In this document: one piece after another, positions 1 to 11,446 of the stretch
Numbering within the stretch: the stretch's first letter is position 1
Layout of the letters: each line of letters begins with the position of its first letter
Assembly (NCBI RefSeq): GCF_006345805.1
Contig: NC_043004.1
Coordinates: 70,122,001-70,186,000, forward strand
Source: Octopus sinensis
Taxonomy: Eukaryota
Reading direction: 5' to 3'
Length of the DNA stretch: 64,000 bases
The notes under the pieces: generated by a model
Database searches by the model: none
Told to the model about the DNA's origin: nothing
The model's input: the letters and a program-made list of their open reading frames with translations, nothing else
Made by a program: the position numbers and the translations under genes

Positions 1-2356
1 TTACACTGGGTACATCTTATGGAGTTTCTACCTACCCCTCTTCAACCTGAAGGGTTTTGTGGTTTGTCTGCTTTCCTACTTATTAAGACTTTGGTTTTTG
101 CTAGGTTGACCCTAAAGCCCTTCAATTCTAATCCTTGCTTCTACACCTGAAACTTCTCCTCTAGTTCTGATAGTGACTCAGCTATTAGAGCAAGGTCATC
201 AGCATAGAGATGCCCCCAGGGGCATCCTGTCTTGAATTCCTCTGTTATTTCCTCGGAGACTACGATGAATAAGATGGGGCTGAGGACTGATCCTTGGTGG
301 ACCTCTACCCCTTACCCAGAATTATTTACTGTTGCCAACCCTCACCTTACTGACAACATCCCTGTACATGGCTTGTACAGCTCTCACTAAACACTCATTT
401 ATTCCTAGTTTCCTCATCGACCACCATTTAAGGGATCAGGGGACCTTGTCAAAGGCTTTCTCCATGTCAATGAAAGCCAGGTACAGAGGTTTATTTTTGG
501 CTAGGTATTTCTCCTGCAGCTGTCTTACCAGAAATATAGCATCCCTGGCACAAAACGAAACTGCATCTCATCTAGACTGACTCTCTCCCTAATCAGTTGG
601 GCTATTACCCTCTCCATGACTATCATTACCTGATCCAACAACTTGATACCTCTGTAATTATTTGTATCTAATGCATCACCTTTACCTTTGTAGCAGTTGA
701 CTATGGTGCTGCTACCCTAGTCATTGGGTATGACTCCTTCATGTATCACTTGGTTGACTCTGTGGGTGACTAGACTATAGCCAACACTGCCAGATATTTT
801 AAGCATCTCTGTGGTGATTCCTGATGGGCCAGGGGCTTTCCCTGTTTTCATACCCTTAATTGCTTTATCTATCAAAGTACTGTCAATTAGGACAGCTGGT
901 CCCTCTGTTGGGTTGACATTCGGCAGACTCTCTTTCTCCCATTTATTCTCTTCATTTAGCAACCTTTCATAGTGGCCTCTCGAAGTCTCTCTCCTTGCAG
1001 CCTTGTTAAATGCAAGTGAACTGTCATCCATGTGGACACATTTCTCTTCTATAACATCACAATTCTCTTTCACACTGTCTTGCAACACAAAACAAGTCTT
1101 TGGTCCTCATAACACAGAACATTGGCAAATTTTTTCTTATCTGCTTCCGCTCTGGCTAAATAAACCTGTCTCCTAGCTTCCCTTCTGGCAGTCTGATACA
1201 ATTCCCTGCTACCACTGTTCTTCCAGTCCTTCCATGCTTGTTTCTTTTCCCTAATGGCCCTCTCAAGTACATTGTTCCACCACCACCATGTTATCATGGG
1301 TTGAGAAGGGACTTTGCACCATTCACAGATCTGATCAGTGGCCTTCAACAGGTTGTCCTGTAGAAACCTCCAGTTGTCTTCCACATCATGTGATGCTATA
1401 TCCCCCTCTATTTCGTCAAAAGCTTTGAGTAATATGTCTCTAAATCTCTGTCCATTCACAGGATCCTTAAGCTTCCAGACCCTTCTCCTCCATGCTGGTT
1501 GTCTTCTAGGTATCCATTTAGCCTCGATTCTGAGGTCACTAACTACTAATCTATGTTGTGGGGTGCATTCTTCACCTGGGATGGATTTGGCATTTATAAG
1601 TAGCCGTGTTTCCTGTTTTCTGGCGAGGATGTAGTCAATGTGACTAATGTATCTCCCAGATCGGTAGGTGAATAGGTGACTGACAGGTTTCCTGAAGTTA
1701 GTATTGCAAACCATAAGATCATTTGCATCACAGAACTCCAGCAGCCTGGTTCCCTCCTCATTGCGGGAACCAAAACCATAGCCTCCATGTACACCATGGA
1801 AGCCCCCTGCATGTCCAACATGTCCATTGAAGTCACCAACCACAAAGAGAAGGTCCCTGTCATTCGTCAACGAGGTAGTCTGCAAGAGGGTGTCATAAAA
1901 TCGGTCATTCTGTCCATCAGGTAGCTGCGGCTGAGGGGCATAGGCCGAGATAATGGTTGCTAGCCCATGATGCAGCACTAATCTAATCTTAATATTCTAT
2001 CACAGACTCTGACTACCTCGATTACCTTATCAACCCATTTCTCTGCCCCCGACCCTGTCAGTGTTCCCTGCCCGGAAAATCTTATATCTATGTTCTTTGC
2101 CTGTGAGGAACCTAGCAGAACCTCCTTTCCACCTTACTTCTTGGATGCAGCACAAATCTACACATCTCCGTTCAAGCATCTCAACAATCTCACCAGACCT
2201 ACCTTTCAGTGTGCCAACCCTGAGGATGTGGGAGGTGTGGGCCCGTGAGACCTTGGGATGGGGGACATCAGCGTCATGTACCTGAAAAGAAAGCTCACAT
2301 TTGGCAGAACTCATGTACGTATAATAGTCTTCAACCTGCATACACCACACCATCAT
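1..2356 (-). mobile_element. Degenerate RTE-clade LINE (APE endonuclease + reverse transcriptase), 3' part beyond window start
   Basis: Minus-strand frames give GTLKGRSGEIVEMLERRCVDLCCIQEVRW, SAYAPQ, VVGDFNGHVG, SHIDYIL (APE), KAPGPSG, DMEKAFDKVP, HQGSVLSP and LYADDL (YADD at 195-206). Several frameshifts and stops. Confidence 0.9.
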
Positions 2357-3150
2357 TATTATGCACTACATGATCACTACCTTACATAGGAGATAAACCT
2401 TAAGTAGGGATGTGGGGGGGGGGCATTGAGCCTTTAGAAGTGTTCATGGGAGACATCCGATAGAGGTCAGAGGATGGAGACTCCCGGATGTTTTTAAAAA
2501 GTTTCTATTTAACTACCGCCATTACTCAAATGAGATAAATTTTATTCTGTTTGTCACTTATTTTCTGTATATTGTGAGCTGAGGTGAACTACTGCCATGT
2601 CTAGCAGATGAATACCATTCACCGAGGATGGCCATAATAGGGTTGAAACCACGTGGTCTTGTGGTCTTGGTAGCTGGAATTGTAGGGTGTTCTCTCCCTG
2701 CTTGCAATATATACCAAGTGTGGAATGCACTGAATAACCAACTGGAGGAGGCATCTTCCTGGGGTTAAAATAGCAATAGCATCTGTTCCTGGAGAATGTC
2801 CATGTTTAGATGGTGATAGAATTTACCTCTGTTTATAGATTCTGCTTTCATCTCTTATAGAAATTTTCTTAACGAGCTAGTTTGCTTGTCTATATTTTTC
2901 TTAATATTATGAGCACCTTGAAGGTCACCTTGTTTTTGTTATTTTTATTGTTGTTGGTGGTATTATTGTAATTTTACTTATAATTTATGCTGCTACCCCT
3001 CCCCCACTCTGGCTCCTGGAATCTGACGATACGATTGGTTGAATGAATTGTACAATGTATACCCAGTATTCAGAAAAATCCAACAGGAATTAATTATATT
3101 TCACTTGCAGTGCCCATGCATGTCAGTTGCTGAAAAATATTCAACTATAT

Positions 3151-3437
3151 GGCGTAGGAGAGGCTGTGTGGTATGTAGCTAGCTTACAAACCACATGGTT
3201 CAGGGTTCAGTCTCACTGCGTGGCACCTTGGGCAAGTGTCTTCTACTATAGCCTCGGATCGACCAAAGCCTTGTGAGTGGATTTGGTAGATGGAAACTGA
3301 AAGAAACCCGTCGTATATATATGTATATATATATATTATATATATATATGTGTGTGTATGTGTATATATATATATATATATGTATGTGTGTATATGTTTG
3401 TGTGTCTGTGTTTGTTCCCCCAACATCGCTTGACAAA
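3151..3437 (+). mobile_element. SINE family A (tRNA-like head, CORE-like CCTTGGGCAAGTG segment, internal TA/TG microsatellite), 3' truncated by a Helitron
   Basis: A/B-box-like AGGCTGTGTGG...GGTTCAGTCTC. About 20 related copies or fragments in the window. Confidence 0.85.
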
Positions 3438-3827
3438 TCTATATATATAAAGCTGAAGTTGTCTGTGTGTGGCAGGTTTGGCAGCCTTCAACTAACACTA
3501 TCTCCTCCGAGACCCTGCGGCACAAGTTGACCAAAATTGAGAGTATGATAGAAGAAGGCTTGCTCTTCCTTCTGTAGAAGACAAAATTCAAATCGGACTA
3601 TGTTAACACCAAAAATTATTTACATCAAAAAGGTGCTTTTTTTCTATGAAAATCCCTATTTTTTATGAATTTTTGACTGCTGTGTCGCCATTTTTTGGTG
3701 TATTTCAACCAGAAAAATGTTCACTTAAAGAGAATAACAAGCTACATAATGCAAAATTTTTACTTTTCAAAAATTCCAATTCTAAAAGGTCGAAACAAAC
3801 CCAAGCAACACTGGGCGATACTGCTAG
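3438..3827 (+). mobile_element. Non-autonomous Helitron-like element
   Basis: Starts A|TCTATATATATAAA and ends with the hairpin CCCAAGCAACACTGGG followed by CGATACTGCTAG. Same termini as 53069-53574. Confidence 0.7.
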
Positions 3828-4062
3828 AAACAATATAAAAGCACTTATTTACCTGAATTAGGTTTTTACCTGAATTACACTAAACAATCACACACACACA
3901 CATACAGAGGTTTCTGTCTACTGAATTTACTGACAATGATTTGGTTGGCCTGAGGCTATAGTAGAAGACACTTGCTCTAGGTGCTGTGCAGTGGGAATGA
4001 ACCCTGAACCATGTCGTTGGGAAGCAAGCTTCTTACCATGCAGCCACACCTGTGCTTATATC

Positions 4063-4405
4063 ATCATCATCATCATCTAGCATCCATTTTCCATGCTAGC
4101 ATGGGTTGGACGGTTCAACTGGGGTCTGTGAAGCCAGAAGGCTGCACCAGGCCCAGTCTGATCTGGCAGTGTTTCTACGGCTGGATGCCCTTCCTAACGC
4201 CAACCACTCCGTGAGTGCAGTGGGTGCTTTTTACGTGCCACCCGCACAGGTGCCAGACGGAGCTGGCAAATGGCCACGGACGGATGGTGCTTTTTGCGTG
4301 CCACCGGCACAGGGGCCAGGCGAGGCTGGCAACGGCCACGATCAGATGGTCTATTTTTACGTGCCACCAGCACGGGGGCCAGGCGAGGCTGGCAAAGGCC
4401 ATGAA
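4063..4405 (-). mobile_element. 5'-truncated RTE LINE 3' UTR (or LINE-tailed SINE) with ~62-bp internal repeats and (TGA)n tail
   Basis: Homologous to 10574-11105 and 56341-57048. The latter is joined to an RTE ORF C-terminus. Confidence 0.75.
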
Positions 4406-5096
4406 TGTATAGTGATAAAACAGGCAAAGAAAGGAAGCCGTATAGCTGGGTGGCTGTGGTTGTATCATGTCAATGAGTGAACCTGGGTGTGGTTCTAATA
4501 TATCCACCCTTGTTTATCATGACTGTTTGGTTAAAGAAAGAAATGTTAAATGAATTATTTGTAAATGAAGAATAGACCATAGGGAAAATAGGTTTCATTC
4601 CAAGATCCCAAGTTGTTTTGAGCATTGTTGATGGTTGATGGTTTGTGCTTTGCTGGTCTAACAAATCCATTATCAACTTTCACTCTCCAGGCAATCAAAA
4701 AAGAACCAACAAAAAACTTGTCCTCATTTTTCAAAGCAGTTTTAGTTCCAAGAAAGCATGTTACAGTGATAAATAAATCATAGAACATATGGGGGAAGAG
4801 GTTTCATTCTGGGACCCCAATTTGTCCTGAGCATTGTGAGTGGTTGTTGGTGTGTGCTTTTGCAGTCCAAGCAGAGCCTTTGATTGCCAACTCATGTTAT
4901 TAGAGATCAATACATGATAAGCATAACATGTTATCCTGGATCAGTGATGAATGAATCTTCTGTGATAAACGAGGATAGATCTAACAGCCATCCTAGCAAT
5001 AATTTATAAATGATTGTAATTAATGTAATTACATGTAATTGATTGCTTGTTGATTGATAATTGAAGAATACTTTTTTTTTCCTTTTATTTTTTCAG

Positions 5097-5900
5097 AAAT
5101 CAACTGATGGTAAATGTTTCTTCAAGGATTTTATTTCCTCAGTGAAAGCACCAGAAATTCACCTACCGTTTATGACCAACTATGTGGCTCAGCATTCAAA
5201 TGTACTGACAGAAGTGAATGCCAATAATACAAGTGTCTCTCTGCCTGAAGTCCAACATGGTAATTTGAAATCTTCATCTAAGGGTTCGATCACTAAAGAT
5301 GAGTCCATGGAGTTGTGTCCAGCTTCATCTCCTCCACCATCTCAGACTTCTAGTACTGCTGCCAAAGATGGATTTTCTCGCTTCTATGTGAGAACGTCTG
5401 TAAAAGAGTCAGTAAAAAGCTCCAAACAGAAGGCTTTTGATCCTAGCCTTAATTTCATTTTTCTTGGAGATGATGATGACGACGATGATGATGATGAAGC
5501 TGATGACAAAGAATCATTACAGATGATGCTTTGTTTCCGGAACCGAGACAGCAATATTAAAAACACAAAATGGGACGAAATTTTTTTGCCAAAATTTATG
5601 CCTGATCATTTATGGAACAAATGTGATGTGAGCACCAAGAAAGATGAAGTGGAAAAGCTCCAGGCCGCAAAGGATAAGAAGAAGATAAAGAAGGAACTGA
5701 GTAAAAAGGATAAGATGGTAAAGAAGAAGAAACTTAGTAAGGATATCACAAAAAAAGGACAGTCTCCAATAGAGTACAAGGACACTAACATTCGACGGAT
5801 TAAAGGGAACAGTGACCGGAAGAAAAGTAAAAAAGTCTCTAAAAAAACTCTTGCAATTGGTACAGACTGTAAAACAGACGGAAAAAACAAAGAAAAATAA
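5097..5900 (+). CDS. Probable terminal coding exon of an unidentified host gene (acidic Asp tract, Lys-rich basic C-terminus; possibly nuclear/nucleolar)
   Basis: Long polypyrimidine tract ending TTTCAG at 5096, then 267 open non-microsatellite codons in phase 0, TAA at 5898-5900 and AATAAA at 5913. No family motif recognised. Confidence 0.55.
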   Translation, partial: KSTDGKCFFKDFISSVKAPEIHLPFMTNYVAQHSNVLTEVNANNTSVSLPEVQHGNLKSSSKGSITKDESMELCPASSPPPSQTSSTAAKDGFSRFYVRTSVKESVKSSKQKAFDPSLNFIFLGDDDDDDDDDEADDKESLQMMLCFRNRDSNIKNTKWDEIFLPKFMPDHLWNKCDVSTKKDEVEKLQAAKDKKKIKKELSKKDKMVKKKKLSKDITKKGQSPIEYKDTNIRRIKGNSDRKKSKKVSKKTLAIGTDCKTDGKNKEK

Positions 5901-5928
5901 AGATACCAAACTAATAAACGATGATGAT

Positions 5929-6322
5929 ACTCTTTTACTCTTTTAATTGTTTCAGTCATTTGACTGTGGCCATGCTGGAGCACCACCTTTAGTGGAGCAA
6001 ATCAACCCCAGGACTTATTCTTTGTAAGCGTAGTACTTATTCTAACAGTCTCTTTTGCCGAACCACTAAGTTACGGGGATGTAAACACACCAGCATCGGT
6101 TGTCAAGCGATGTTGGGGGGATAAACACAAACACACACACATATCTATATACATATATACGACGGGCTTCTTTCAGTTTCCGTCTACCAAATCCGCTCAC
6201 AAGGCTTTGGTCAGTTTGAGGCTATGGTAGAAGACACTTGCCCAAGGTGCCACGCAGTGGGACTGAACCTGGAATCATGTGGTTGGTAAGAAAGCTACTT
6301 ACCACACAGCCTCTCCTACGCC
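5929..6322 (-). mobile_element. SINE family A, full length
   Basis: Complete head, body and (GAGTAAAA)-type tail in reverse orientation. Confidence 0.9.
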
Positions 6323-6339
6323 TATTAAATAATAAAAAT

Positions 6340-7045
6340 AATAATAATCCTTTTTATTATAGGTACGAGGCCTGATATTTTGTGGGAGGGGCTGGTTGAT
6401 TGCATTGATCCCAGTGCTTGACTGGTACTTATTTAATCAACCCTGAAAAGATGAAAGGCAAAGTTGACCTCAGCAGAATCTGAACTCAGAACATGAAGAC
6501 AGATGAAATGCTAAGCATTTCGTCTGGCTTGCTAACAACTCTGCCAGCATACTGCCTTAAAAAAAAACAGAAAAGGAAGTTTCTAATTCTGATACATGGC
6601 CAGCAGTTTTGAAGGATAGGAATTAGTCAATTAAATTAACTCTACTACTCTACTACTTTTTATTTTATTGACCCCCTCCTACCTGAGGGAATTGAAAGGC
6701 AAAGTTGACTCAGGCTGGATTTGAACTTGGAACTTAAAGTGTCAGAAGAAATAAATACCTCAAGGTATTTTGCCCGGTACTTTAACCCTTTCGTTACCAA
6801 CCCGGCTGAAACCGGCTCTGGCTCTAAATACAAATGTCTTGTTTTCATAAGTTTTGAATGAAAATCTTCCACCAAACCTTAGTCACAATTTATGTTCCTA
6901 ACACTGGCTTAATGATAACTAAGTTATTTTACTAAATTCTTTGTTATATTTAAAATTAATTAGAAGAAACACAGAGCATCTCAAAATAAATACAGTAACA
7001 AAAGGGTTAATGATTCTGACAACTCATTGCTTTATACACCTGTAA
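6340..7045 (-). mobile_element. Two SINE family B copies (tRNA-like head, Meta-domain-like CTTTGCCTTTCATCCTTTCGGGGTCGATAAA core); second copy interrupted by a MITE
   Basis: Homologous to 14547-15335 and 60830-61060. The SINE sequence resumes after 7010. Confidence 0.75.
6786..7006. mobile_element. piggyBac-type MITE
   Basis: TTAA|CCCTTTCGTTAC ... GTAACAAAAGGG|TTAA, i.e. CCC/GGG termini with a TTAA duplication. 221 bp. Confidence 0.8.
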
Positions 7046-7554
7046 TACACCTGTAATAACACAAACCAACAGGAAAACCTTTGCAGAATTGCATGACCTG
7101 CTGGTAATGTCCCTCAAATTACATCATCTTTTTTTAAAAAAGATTGTTAATTGGCAGAATTTTTTATATGTCAGATAGATGGTATTTGTTCCAGATCTCA
7201 GCACTCTGAGTTCAAATTCCACCAAAGCCAACTTTACTTTCATCTCTTTGGGATTGATAAATAACATACCAGTTATATAGTGGGGCATTGATTTTGTCAT
7301 CTTTTTGTTGTCTTTGTATTTCTCTCTCTCTCATAATCTGTCTGCTTGTCTCTGTCTGTCTGTCTCCCTTAGAAGTAACTCTATTGAAAGGAGCAAAGAG
7401 AACACGTAAGATATTGTAGTCCCAAATTTACTCTGCCATGTTTGAGAAAAAGTTGTCAGAATGGTCATGGTTGGAAAACTTCAGTTATGGTATAAGGCTG
7501 TTGGTGGTTGTGATAGTAGGGGGTGAATGTAGTTGTGGTGGGGGTAGTAATAAA

Positions 7555-7920
7555 CTTTCCTACTCTAGGCACAAGGCCCGTAATTTTGGGGGAGGGGGCC
7601 TGTCGATTAGATTGCTTCCACTATGCAACTGGTACTTAATTTATCGACCTTGAAAGGATGAAAGGCAAAGTCGACTGCGGCGGAATTTGAACTCAGAACG
7701 TAAAGACAGACGAAATACTGTTAAGCATTTCTCCCAGCGTGCTAAATATTCCATTCTACTCTAGGCACAAGGCCTGAAATTTTGAGGGAGGGATCCAGTC
7801 GATTAGCTTGACCCCAGTACACAACTTGTACCTAATTTATCAACCTTGAAAGGATGAAAGGCAAAGTCGACCTTGGAGGAATTTGAACTTAGAACATAAA
7901 GACAGATGAAGTGGAGGTAG
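7555..7920 (-). mobile_element. Two tandem SINE family B copies
   Basis: Repeated AAAGGATGAAAGGCAAAGTCGAC...GAATTTGAAC core. Confidence 0.75.
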
Positions 7921-8171
7921 TAATAGTACACTAGTGGTAGTGATGGTTGTTGTAGTAGGTTTATAGTTTAGGCTGTTATTGCTGTTGTTGTTTTCACCCT
8001 AGGTCAAACCTGTTCCAGCAGCCAACCATGACTATCATTTCTCAGAACCACGTTATGCAACATGTCCCTTTATTTTTCAAGACAGTAATGTGTGATATGA
8101 GGGAGATTTGGCTGGTATGTCTAGCAAGTTGGGTGACCATGTAAACGCTTCCTCATTGGTTTGTGTGTAGG

Positions 8172-8342
8172 AGGTATTTTTCATGATGATGATTGTGGTG
8201 GTGGTGGTGGTGGTGGTGGGAATTGCAGATTCAAATGTAAAATGAATAAATAAATAAAATATATATTTATTTATTTTACATTTGAATCTACAATTCCCAC
8301 TACCACCACCACCACCACCACAATCATCATCATGAAATACCT
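8172..8342. repeat. Near-perfect inverted repeat (~75-bp arms)
   Basis: AGGTATTTTTCATGATGATGATTGTGG...CAGATTCAAATGTAAAAT mirrored by ATTTTACATTTGAATCT...CCACAATCATCATCATGAAATACCT. Confidence 0.85.
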
Positions 8343-8499
8343 TGTCACATACACACACATACACACACATATATATATATATATAATATATACACATACA
8401 TACATACAAACATACATATATAATATATATACACACACATACACACACATATATATATATATATAATGGATATACACCACTCTCCCTGCACTGCAAAAA

Positions 8500-9836
8500 C
8501 ATTGTTGTCATTGCTGCTGCTGTAGTAGTAGTAGTAGCAGCAGCAGCAGCAGCGGTGGCATACAGTGCTGGTGGTGGTGGTGGTGGTGATGTTTTTGTTT
8601 GTTAGTGGTGGTGGTGGTAGTGGTTGTGGTGCTGATGCAGTGTGATGATGGTGATGATAGTGGTGGTGGTGGTGGTGGTGGTGGTGGTGAAGGTTGTTTT
8701 GTTGTTGTTGTGTCAACAGAGTTAATGGAGTTAAACAACATGCAGACCATTATTTCTGAAACTGGTTATTTTTTTTTTTACCTTGGACATGAAACATGTG
8801 TTGCAAGACAACCACCACCACCACCACCACCACCACCACCACCACCACCACCACCACCACCACCACCACCACCACCACCATCATCACCACCACCACCACC
8901 ACCACCACCACCACCACCACCACCACCATCATCACCACCACACCACCACCACCACCACCACCATCATCATCACCACCACCACCACCACCACCACCATCAT
9001 CATCACCAACCACCACCACCACCACCACCACCACCATCATCACCACCACCACCACCACCACCACCACCTCTGTCACCATCATCATCATCATCATCATCAT
9101 CATCATTACACCACTACCACTTGTACTGTCACCACCACCACCACCACCACCACCACCACCACCAGCAACACCTACCCTATCCTCCTCAACAACCTCCACC
9201 CTCAGCACACCGACCCCAATCCCAACCCCCACCACCACCACTGACGTCATCATCACAACAGAACTGCCATCACCACCACCACCACCACCACCACCTCCGC
9301 TGCCGCTGACGACTCTGATACTATCATCATCATCATCGCACAACTAAGAAGAACAAGAATGAGAACAGCACCACCATTACTATCATCATCATCATTATCA
9401 TAGCACCACCACCACCACCACCACCACGACCACCACCACCATCATCACCATCATCATCACCACCATCATCATCATCACCACCACCACTATCATCACCACC
9501 ACCACCACCACCATCATCACCACCACCACCACCACCATCATCATCATCACCACCACCACCATCATCACCACCATCATCATCACCACCACCATCATCACCA
9601 CCATCATCATCACCACCATCATCATCACCACCATCATCATCACCACCATCATCACCACCATCATCATCATCACCACCACCACCATCATCACCACCACCAC
9701 CACCACCATCATCACCACCACCACCACCACCATCATCATCACCACCACCACCACCACCACCACCACCACGACCACCACCACCATCATCACCATCATCATC
9801 ACCACCATCATCATCATCACCACCACCACCATCATC

Positions 9837-9870
<34 letters not shown>

Positions 9871-9980
9871 TCACTTCTCCATCGCCGACTATAACGACCA
9901 TCACTACTAACTCCCCCCCTTCCGTTGTCTCTGCTGTCACCCTCATCATTATCCATCATCATCATCTTCATCATCATCTC
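8500..9980. repeat. Large (CAC/CAT)n and (GGT)n triplet low-complexity tract
   Basis: Read directly. It generates spurious poly-H/P/T/D/G ORFs. Confidence 0.95.
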
Positions 9981-10573
9981 TACAGTTAACTCTCACCAGC
10001 TACACTTTCATCGTCACCGATAACACTGCCTCTACCATCGTTGTTACCACTACCACCACTACCACCATCACCACCATTACAATTGACAGTTTCCTTCGCG
10101 TTTTCTCCCACTCTTTCCTCTTCTAATATGTAGTTTAGTTTAAGTAAACCACGCTGGTCATTGCCTTCTTATCTCTCTCTCCACACACACACACAAACAG
10201 ACACACGAAAATGCATACGCACGTATATTAAGTCAATTCTATTGGTCATTGCTGTTTCATCCGCATTCTGTTTTACATGTGTCATCATCATCATTTTTAC
10301 GTCTACTTTTTTCTAACTGTCATTGGTTAGAAGAGAGTTATTGAGATTGCATTTTATGGCCAGATGCCTTTCCCGTCGCCAACTCTTCTTTTTCAAGTTA
10401 GGTGTTTTTACTTCACTGATTTACAGTCGTTGAAATCAACGAGCGACAAAATGCATTTGTTTACGGGAGACGTAAATGTAACATCAAGGCTGCCTCTCAG
10501 CATGGAAACATGCCGACAACAACCTCACATACGCACACGTAATACTCAAACACTACACACATGCGCTTTCTCG

Positions 10574-11105
10574 TTCGTGGCCGTTGCCAGCCTCGCCTGG
10601 ACCCCGTGCCGGTGGCACGTAGGACCATCCATTCGTGGCCGTTGCTAGCCTCGCCTGGCCCCCGTGCCGGTGGCACGTAAAAAGCACCATCCGTTCGTGG
10701 CCGTCGCCAGCCTCGCCTGGCCCCCGTGCCGGTGGCACGTAAAAAGCACCATCCGATCGTGGCCGTTGCCAGCCTCGCCTGGACCCCGTGCCGGTGGCAT
10801 GTAAAAGCACCATCCGTTCGTGGCCGTCGCCAGCCTCGCCTGGCCCCCGTGCCGGTGGCACGTAAAAAGCACCATCCGTCCGTGGCCGTTTGCCAGCTCC
10901 GACTGGCACCTGTGCGGGTGGCACGTAGAAAGCACTCACTACACTCACGGAGTGGTTGGCGTTAGGAAGGGCATCCAGCCGTAGAAACACTGCCAGATCA
11001 GACTGGGCCTGATGCAGCCTTCTGGCTTCACAGACCTCAGTTGAACCGTCCAACCCATGCTAGCATGGAAAGCGGACGCTAAATGATGATGACGATGATG
11101 ATGAT
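10574..11105 (+). mobile_element. RTE LINE 3' UTR fragment with six ~62-bp tandem units and (GAT)n tail
   Basis: Units start at 10580, 10638, 10700, 10762, 10823 and 10885. Ends CCCATGCTAGCATGGAAAGCGGACGCTAAATGATGATG. Confidence 0.8.
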
Positions 11106-11446
11106 ATATATACACACACACGCATAGGGTTTTAGTACAGTTTCCAGTTGGTAATTTCAATGCGTTTGTCGGATTGAAACCACTGCGCATGGTGTCACAC
11201 AGTATGGTCGAACCCCAAAACGCAAGGTTATGAAGTGAACCCCGTAATTACACAGCCATATCTGTGCTATGTATGTATGTATGTATGTATGTATGACTCA
11301 AGAGTCATCTTCGTAGTCATAAAGCGAGACAGATGAATGACAACCTGGCCACTGGTGGTGGTGTAACACACCATACTAATCATATCTGTCGGGCATGTGG
11401 AAGAGAGTGTAATTCGGCAGGATGACTTAAACGGCATGCAAAGGTA

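Noticed and set aside
2690-2790. HDV-like ribozyme upstream of the RTE (GCC-UCCUCC..GGU P3/L3-like on minus strand)
   Set aside because: No matching P1 or P1.1 found by eye.
4555-4788. 77-aa minus-strand ORF as a gene
   Set aside because: Short, no recognised motif, no splice or polyA support.
8271-9977. Many long ORFs (poly-H, P, T, D, G, V, M)
   Set aside because: They are translations of triplet microsatellites open in several frames on both strands, with no complex sequence.
10580-10930. CRISPR-like regular repeats
   Set aside because: Units are contiguous with no unique spacers, the context is eukaryotic, and they belong to an RTE 3' UTR.
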